DNA from: an uncultured Eubacterium sp. | Lineage (GTDB): Bacteria; Bacillota; Clostridia; Lachnospirales; Lachnospiraceae | Length of the DNA: 36,677 nt | NCBI GenBank assembly: GCA_948472595.1 | Contig: CAOKUK010000001.1 | Location: 1-36,677 of the forward strand | Direction of reading: 5' to 3' | Shown here: positions 31,381-36,677 of the stretch, one piece after another | How positions within the stretch are numbered: position 1 is the stretch's first letter | Layout: each line of letters starts with the position of its first letter | The notes under the pieces: generated by a model | What the model was told of the DNA's origin: nothing | What the model saw: the letters and a program-made list of their open reading frames with translations, nothing else | Database searches by the model: none | Position numbers and translations under genes: made by a program

Positions 31381-31716
31381 ATGAGATTTTCAGAATCTTT
31401 GAAGAAGAACCGTTATTTCCAGAATGTATATAAAAATGGGAAATCATACGCCAACCGCTATTTTGTTATGTACATTCTGGAAAATAATCTGGGTAGGAAC
31501 AGAATTGGGATATCAGTGAGCAAAAAAGTAGGAAACAGTGTTATAAGACATCATATCACAAGGTTGGTGAGGGAATCGTATCGGCTTCAGGAGGAGATGT
31601 TTTGCTGCGGGTGGGATATTGTCGTAATCGCCAGGGCAGCGGCAAAGCAGGCGACCTACCATGAGGCGGAAAAGTCACTGCTGCATTTGGGACGGCTCCA
31701 TCGTATTTTAAATTGA
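31381..31716 (+). CDS. rnpA: Ribonuclease P protein component
   Basis: [47 protein letters not shown]; canonical position. Confidence 0.95.
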   Translation: MRFSESLKKNRYFQNVYKNGKSYANRYFVMYILENNLGRNRIGISVSKKVGNSVIRHHITRLVRESYRLQEEMFCCGWDIVVIARAAAKQATYHEAEKSLLHLGRLHRILN

Positions 31717-31730
31717 GAGAAGATGTGATT

Positions 31731-31940
31731 TTGAAAAGGATAATAATAGCTTCTATTCGTTTTTACCAGAAATATTTGTCGCCTATGAAGACCACAAAAT
31801 GCCCTTATTACCCTACCTGCTCCGCTTACGGGCTGGAGGCAGTCCAAAAATATGGGGCATTCAAGGGGTCTCTTTTGGCTGGTTGGAGAATTTTAAGGTG
31901 CAACCCCTTTTCCAAGGGAGGGTATGACCCAGTCCCCTAA
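31731..31940 (+). CDS. yidD: Membrane protein insertion efficiency factor YidD
   Basis: [37 protein letters not shown]. Start uncertain (TTG 31731 chosen; 31713 and 31725 possible). Confidence 0.93.
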   Translation: MKRIIIASIRFYQKYLSPMKTTKCPYYPTCSAYGLEAVQKYGAFKGSLLAGWRILRCNPFSKGGYDPVP

Positions 31941-31994
31941 GGAATGGAAAATTCTGGATGATTTTTATACCTTAATATCAGGAGGATATTTACA

Positions 31995-33260
31995 TTGACA
32001 GACATTATTTTGACCCAGTACTCAGGGAAAATCATAGGGCCGGTTGCAAGGGTTATCGGCTATATCATGAATAGCCTGTATCTATTTTTGAACGATGTAT
32101 TTTCGATTCAGAATATTGCCCTCTGCATTATTCTGTTTACAGTGATTATTTATTTCCTTTTGCTGCCGCTGACCTATAAACAGCAGAAGTTTTCCAGGCT
32201 GTCACAGGAAATGCAGCCCGAAATCAATGCTGTCAGAGAAAAATACAAGAACAAGAAAGACCCGGAGTCCGTGCAGCGCATGAATGAGGAGACCCAGTTA
32301 ATATACCAGAAATACGGCGTTTCCACAACTGGAAGCTGCGTCCAGCTTTTGATAAATTTTCCAATCATGCTTGCCATGTGGCAGGTTATTCGCAATATCC
32401 CGGCTTATGTGGGCAGCGTGAAGGCCATTTTCACCCCATTGGTGGACAAGATTATGAGCGTGGACGGATATCAGAATATCATGTCCGATTTCCTGAAAGA
32501 GGCCAATGTAAATACCGTCAGGCTTAATTTTGAGAACAGCACGACGACAGCCAATTCCATCATTGATGCGCTTTATGCCCTCCCAAGCCATGGATGGGAG
32601 ACTTTGAAGGACAGCTTCAGCGGATTAGGGGATGTCATCGGCTCTACGGAGGCGTCCATATCCCATTTGAATAACTTGTTTGGACTGAATATCGCCAATT
32701 CTCCCATGAACCTGATTGCCACTGGCTGGGGGGAAAAGGATTTCCTGCTGATTTTTGTGGCGCTTTTGATTCCGCTTCTTTCCTATGGCTCCCAGGTGCT
32801 GAACATCAAGCTGATGACCAGCGCCAGCGCAAAGAATTCCAATGGGGAAACCAATGCCTTGGAGAAGCAGATGAAGACCATGAACACCATGATGCCTTTG
32901 CTGTCCCTGTTTATGGTGTTCTCACTCCCGGTAGGGCTTGGCATTTACTGGATTACAGGTTCCGTTGTCCGCTCTATCCAGCAGGTAGTGCTGAACCGTC
33001 AGATGAAGGATTTGGATTTAGAGGCTATTATTGAGAAAAATAAGGAAAAAGCAGAAAAGAAGAAAGAAAAGCAGGGCATTTATGCCAACCAGATATCAAA
33101 TGCAGCCAGGATGAGCACTAGGAACATGGAGCCAGTCAGCACATCGGAGAAGGAAGAAAAGATTCGGAAATGGAATGAGTGCGCCCAGAATGCAAGGAAG
33201 GGCAGCCTTTTGGAAAAGGCGAACATGGTAAAGGAATTTAATGAGCGGAACAATCGATAA
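31995..33260 (+). CDS. yidC: Membrane protein insertase YidC/Oxa1/SpoIIIJ
   Basis: IILFT...LLPL..KQQK, MQPEI..V.EKYK, GLGIYW, QQVVLNR; TTG start with AGGAGG RBS. Confidence 0.93.
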   Translation: MTDIILTQYSGKIIGPVARVIGYIMNSLYLFLNDVFSIQNIALCIILFTVIIYFLLLPLTYKQQKFSRLSQEMQPEINAVREKYKNKKDPESVQRMNEETQLIYQKYGVSTTGSCVQLLINFPIMLAMWQVIRNIPAYVGSVKAIFTPLVDKIMSVDGYQNIMSDFLKEANVNTVRLNFENSTTTANSIIDALYALPSHGWETLKDSFSGLGDVIGSTEASISHLNNLFGLNIANSPMNLIATGWGEKDFLLIFVALLIPLLSYGSQVLNIKLMTSASAKNSNGETNALEKQMKTMNTMMPLLSLFMVFSLPVGLGIYWITGSVVRSIQQVVLNRQMKDLDLEAIIEKNKEKAEKKKEKQGIYANQISNAARMSTRNMEPVSTSEKEEKIRKWNECAQNARKGSLLEKANMVKEFNERNNR

Positions 33261-33316
33261 TGCAATTGGAAGGTGCAGTATCGTTGCAATCCTATTTATT
33301 ACAGGGGGATATTTAA

Positions 33317-33946
33317 ATGGATTTTATTGAGATATCAGCAAAGACAGTGGATGACGCCGTAACGGAAGGGCTCATCAAGCTTGGGACTACTAGCGATAAA
33401 ATTGAGTTTGAAGTGATAGAGAAAGGAAGCTCCGGGTTTTTTGGGATTGGGAGCAAGCCTGCAAAGATTCGCATTCGCAAGAAATCCACAATTGAAGACT
33501 ATGTGCGGAATTTCTTAAACGATGTATTCCGGGCCATGGACATGCAGGTAGAGATCCTTATTAATAAGAGCGAGGATGAGAAAAATATCGATGTGGAATT
33601 AAAGGGCAGCGACATGGGCGTGCTGATTGGAAAGCGGGGGCAGACGTTGGATTCCCTGCAATACCTGACGAACCTTGCTGTTGGCAAGCAGGTGAATGAG
33701 TATGTGAAGGTGAAAATTGACACAGAGGATTATCGGAAGCGCAGGAAAGAGACATTGGAGAATCTGGCTAAGAATATCGCCTATAAGGTGAAGCGGACCA
33801 AGAGGGCGGTGTCCTTAGAGCCGATGAATCCCTTTGAGCGCCGCATTATCCATTCTGCATTGCAGGGCGACCGGTATGTGAACACCCATAGCGAGGGGGA
33901 TGAGCCTTATCGCCATGTGGTGGTGACATTGAAGAGGAATGGGTAA
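33317..33946 (+). CDS. jag: RNA-binding protein Jag/EloR/KhpB (Jag_N, KH, R3H)
   Basis: AKTVDDAV..GFFGIG, LIGKRGQTLDSLQYL (KH), LEPMNPFERRIIH (R3H), SEGDEPYR. Confidence 0.96.
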   Translation: MDFIEISAKTVDDAVTEGLIKLGTTSDKIEFEVIEKGSSGFFGIGSKPAKIRIRKKSTIEDYVRNFLNDVFRAMDMQVEILINKSEDEKNIDVELKGSDMGVLIGKRGQTLDSLQYLTNLAVGKQVNEYVKVKIDTEDYRKRRKETLENLAKNIAYKVKRTKRAVSLEPMNPFERRIIHSALQGDRYVNTHSEGDEPYRHVVVTLKRNG

Positions 33947-33990
33947 GAAGGTACTGTAAATATAGGGGATGATGGAACATATTATGGATG

Positions 33991-34040
33991 AAGGCTTTCT
34001 CAATATGCAGTGGGAGTGTGCATTTTTGAGGGAGCCTTTT
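33991..34040 (+). terminator. Hairpin after jag (probable terminator)
   Basis: AAGGCTTTCTCAA...TTGAGGGAGCCTT stem with G-U pairs, inner ATGCA/TGCAT stem, short T run. Confidence 0.6.
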
Positions 34041-34076
34041 AAAAATTGTTGGGAAATAATCTTTGGGAGGCCACTC

Positions 34077-35477
34077 ATGAAAACAGACACAATTGCCGCA
34101 ATTGCAACGGCCATGGCAAATGCAGGAATCGGAATTGTCCGCATCAGTGGGGAAGATGCGTTCCAAATTATAGATAAAATATTCTGTCCCAAAAAAGGAA
34201 GTAAGAAATTATCTCAGGCAGACAGCCATACTGTCCATTATGGGTATATGAAAGACGGAGAAAAAATCATAGATGAAGTCTTGGTTTTAATATTGAAAGC
34301 GCCAAATACTTATACCAGGGAAAATACGGTGGAGATTGACTGCCATGGGGGCACTTTGGTTCTGCGCCGGGTATTGGAGGCCGCCATTAAATATGGGGCA
34401 AGGGCTGCGGAGCCAGGAGAATTTACGAAGCGCGCATTTTTAAATGGGCGCATTGATTTATCTCAGGCGGAATCTGTGATGGATTTGATTCAGGCGAAAA
34501 ATGATTTTGCATTGCAATCCTCTATCCGGCAGCTGCAAGGCGGGGTGAAAGAGAGGATTGTGTCAATTCGTAAAAGGATTTTGCATGAGATAGCGTTTAT
34601 TGAGTCCGCTTTGGATGACCCGGAGCATATTTCTATGGAAGGGTATGGGGAAAGGGCTCTTGAGATTTTAGATGGGGTTTGCTGTGAAATTCAGAAGTTG
34701 CTGCAATCTTCGGAAAAAGGAGCGCTTTTAAAAGAAGGGATTAATACGGTAATTGTGGGAAAGCCGAATGCAGGCAAATCATCTTTGATGAATGTGCTGG
34801 TGGGTCGGGAACGGGCGATTGTGACAGATATTGCTGGGACGACCAGGGATATTTTGGAAGAGCAGATTGATTTGAATGGCATTACCTTGAATATTATTGA
34901 TACGGCAGGGATACGCAATACAGAGGATAAAGTGGAGAAGATTGGGGTTGCCCGTACGGAAGAGTATGCGCTGCGGGCGGATTTTATTATTTATGTGGTG
35001 GATGCTTCTTTGGAATTGGATGAGAATGATGAGAGAATACTGAATTTTTTGAGTAGGGAGGTGAAGGTAAAAGCAGCGGCGCTTTTAAATAAATCTGATT
35101 TGGAGCAAGTTGTAACAGAGGATTTGCTGCGGCGGAAAATGGAAGAGAAGGGGCTGGAATATCCGATTATTTCAGTTTCTGCGAAAGAAGGGACTGGCAT
35201 TTCAGAATTGGAGGGGTTGGTTAAGGAGTTCTTTTTTCAGGGTGAGGTTTCTTGGAATGACGAAGTCTATATTACAGGCATTCGGCAGAAGGAAGCGCTT
35301 CAAAATGCATGGGACAGCCTTATGCTTGTGAAAAAAAGCATAGAAGACGGCATGCCGGAAGATTTTTATTCCATTGATTTGATGGATGCTTATGAATATT
35401 TAGGGAATATGATAGGGGAGTCTGTTGGGGAGGATTTGGTAAATGAGATATTCTCGAAATTTTGTATGGGGAAATGA
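34077..35477 (+). CDS. mnmE: tRNA modification GTPase MnmE (TrmE)
   Basis: DTIAAIAT, GEFTKRAFLNGRIDL, GKPNAGKSS, IAGTTRD, DTAG, NKSD, C-terminal FCMGK; GGAGG RBS before ATG 34077. Confidence 0.97.
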   Translation: MKTDTIAAIATAMANAGIGIVRISGEDAFQIIDKIFCPKKGSKKLSQADSHTVHYGYMKDGEKIIDEVLVLILKAPNTYTRENTVEIDCHGGTLVLRRVLEAAIKYGARAAEPGEFTKRAFLNGRIDLSQAESVMDLIQAKNDFALQSSIRQLQGGVKERIVSIRKRILHEIAFIESALDDPEHISMEGYGERALEILDGVCCEIQKLLQSSEKGALLKEGINTVIVGKPNAGKSSLMNVLVGRERAIVTDIAGTTRDILEEQIDLNGITLNIIDTAGIRNTEDKVEKIGVARTEEYALRADFIIYVVDASLELDENDERILNFLSREVKVKAAALLNKSDLEQVVTEDLLRRKMEEKGLEYPIISVSAKEGTGISELEGLVKEFFFQGEVSWNDEVYITGIRQKEALQNAWDSLMLVKKSIEDGMPEDFYSIDLMDAYEYLGNMIGESVGEDLVNEIFSKFCMGK

Positions 35478-35534
35478 ATTTTGGAATGATTTTTAACGAT
35501 TTAAAATGTAGCATAGAGGAAAGGAAGTGTTTGG

Positions 35535-36677
35535 ATGCCTCATATAACAGAAGAATATGACATATGTGTGGTTGGGGCTGGACATGCTGGGTGTGAAGCG
35601 TCCCTTGCCTGCGCCAGGCTTGGGTTAGAGACAATTGTGTTCACCGTGAACATTGAAAGCATCGCCTTGATGCCTTGCAATCCTAATATTGGGGGAAGTT
35701 CCAAGGGGCATTTGGTACGGGAGGTAGACGCCTTAGGAGGGCAGATGGGCAAGGTTATTGACCAGGCATTTATCCAGTCTAAAATGCTGAATGTGTCAAA
35801 AGGGCCTGCGGTACATTCCCTTCGGGCGCAGGCGGATAAAGCCAGATACAGCCAGCTGATGCGCAGGGAATTGGAAAATACAGACCATTTGACGCTGCGG
35901 CAGGCGGAAGTGACGGAGCTGATAGTGGAAGATGGGGCAGTTAGGGGAGTGAAAACTTTTTCCGGTGCGGAGTACCGCAGTAGGGCAGTGGTGCTGTGCA
36001 CCGGAACTTACTTGAAGTCTAGGTGCCTTTATGGAGATGTGGTGAATGATACGGGGCCGAATGGCCTGCAATCGGCGAACCATTTGTCAGATTCTCTGCG
36101 GGAACATGGGGTGGAGTTGTTCCGTTTTAAGACAGGAACGCCTGCCAGGATTGACAAACGGTCCATTGATTTTACGAAGATGCAAGAGCAGAAGGGGGAC
36201 GAGAGGATTGTGCCTTTCTCCTTTTCGACCAATCCGGAAGATATAAAGATTGACCAGGTTTCCTGTTGGCTTACTTATACGAACCAAGAAACCCATAAGA
36301 TTATCCGTGAGAATTTGGACCGCTCGCCGCTGTATTCCGGGATGATTGAAGGGACTGGCCCAAGGTATTGCCCTTCCATTGAAGATAAGGTCGTGAAGTT
36401 TGCGGATAAGGAACGGCATCAGGTATTTATTGAGCCGGAGGGGCTGTATACGAATGAGATGTATGTGGGGGGGATGTCGAGTTCTTTGCCAGAGGATGTC
36501 CAATATAGGATGTACCGCAGCGTGGCAGGCTTGGAAAATGTGAAAATCGTGCGGAATGCTTACGCTATAGAGTACGATTGTATTAATCCCAGACAATTAT
36601 TACCTACCTTAGAATTTAAGAATATTAAGGGTTTGTTTTCTGGAGGACAGTTTAATGGCAGTTCTGGTTATGAAGAG
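35535..36677 (+). CDS. mnmG: tRNA uridine 5-carboxymethylaminomethyl modification enzyme MnmG (GidA), truncated by the window end
   Basis: Read manually: [74 protein letters not shown]; open to the end of the window. Confidence 0.97.
   Translation, partial: MPHITEEYDICVVGAGHAGCEASLACARLGLETIVFTVNIESIALMPCNPNIGGSSKGHLVREVDALGGQMGKVIDQAFIQSKMLNVSKGPAVHSLRAQADKARYSQLMRRELENTDHLTLRQAEVTELIVEDGAVRGVKTFSGAEYRSRAVVLCTGTYLKSRCLYGDVVNDTGPNGLQSANHLSDSLREHGVELFRFKTGTPARIDKRSIDFTKMQEQKGDERIVPFSFSTNPEDIKIDQVSCWLTYTNQETHKIIRENLDRSPLYSGMIEGTGPRYCPSIEDKVVKFADKERHQVFIEPEGLYTNEMYVGGMSSSLPEDVQYRMYRSVAGLENVKIVRNAYAIEYDCINPRQLLPTLEFKNIKGLFSGGQFNGSSGYEE

Overview
Chromosomal replication-origin region of a Clostridia (Lachnospiraceae-like) spore-forming, probably motile bacterium; the lineage is inferred from protein sequence style and gene order. 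The right half is the canonical origin block: gyrA-gyrB-recF-yaaA-dnaN-dnaA on the - strand, a bipartite DnaA-box oriC, then rpmH-rnpA-yidD-yidC-jag-mnmE-mnmG (truncated) on the + strand, with a visible C-rich to G-rich switch on the + strand near dnaA. The left half holds secA, hpf, and a mixed operon nfeD-SPFH-argF-birA-DUF6145-coaX-dusB on the - strand. Interspersed, mostly on the + strand (head-on to replication), are a YmfI-like SDR, a tandem pair of paralogous XRE regulators, a TSCPD-type 4-Cys protein coupled to a divergent CysK-like enzyme, an orphan FliD-C-like gene with a sigma28-type promoter, a Csp-type subtilase, an MCP and a TVP38/DedA-pssA-psd operon; a GGDEF gene lies on the - strand among them. 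I found no CRISPR array, rRNA/tRNA gene, IS or prophage. Most of the window is housekeeping. The best candidates for undescribed biology are the TSCPD + atypical CysK pair, the sigma28-driven orphan FliD-like protein, the tandem XRE pair, the structured secA leader with a short uORF, and the TVP38-type partner in the phosphatidylethanolamine operon. All family assignments come from motif recognition, not database searches.
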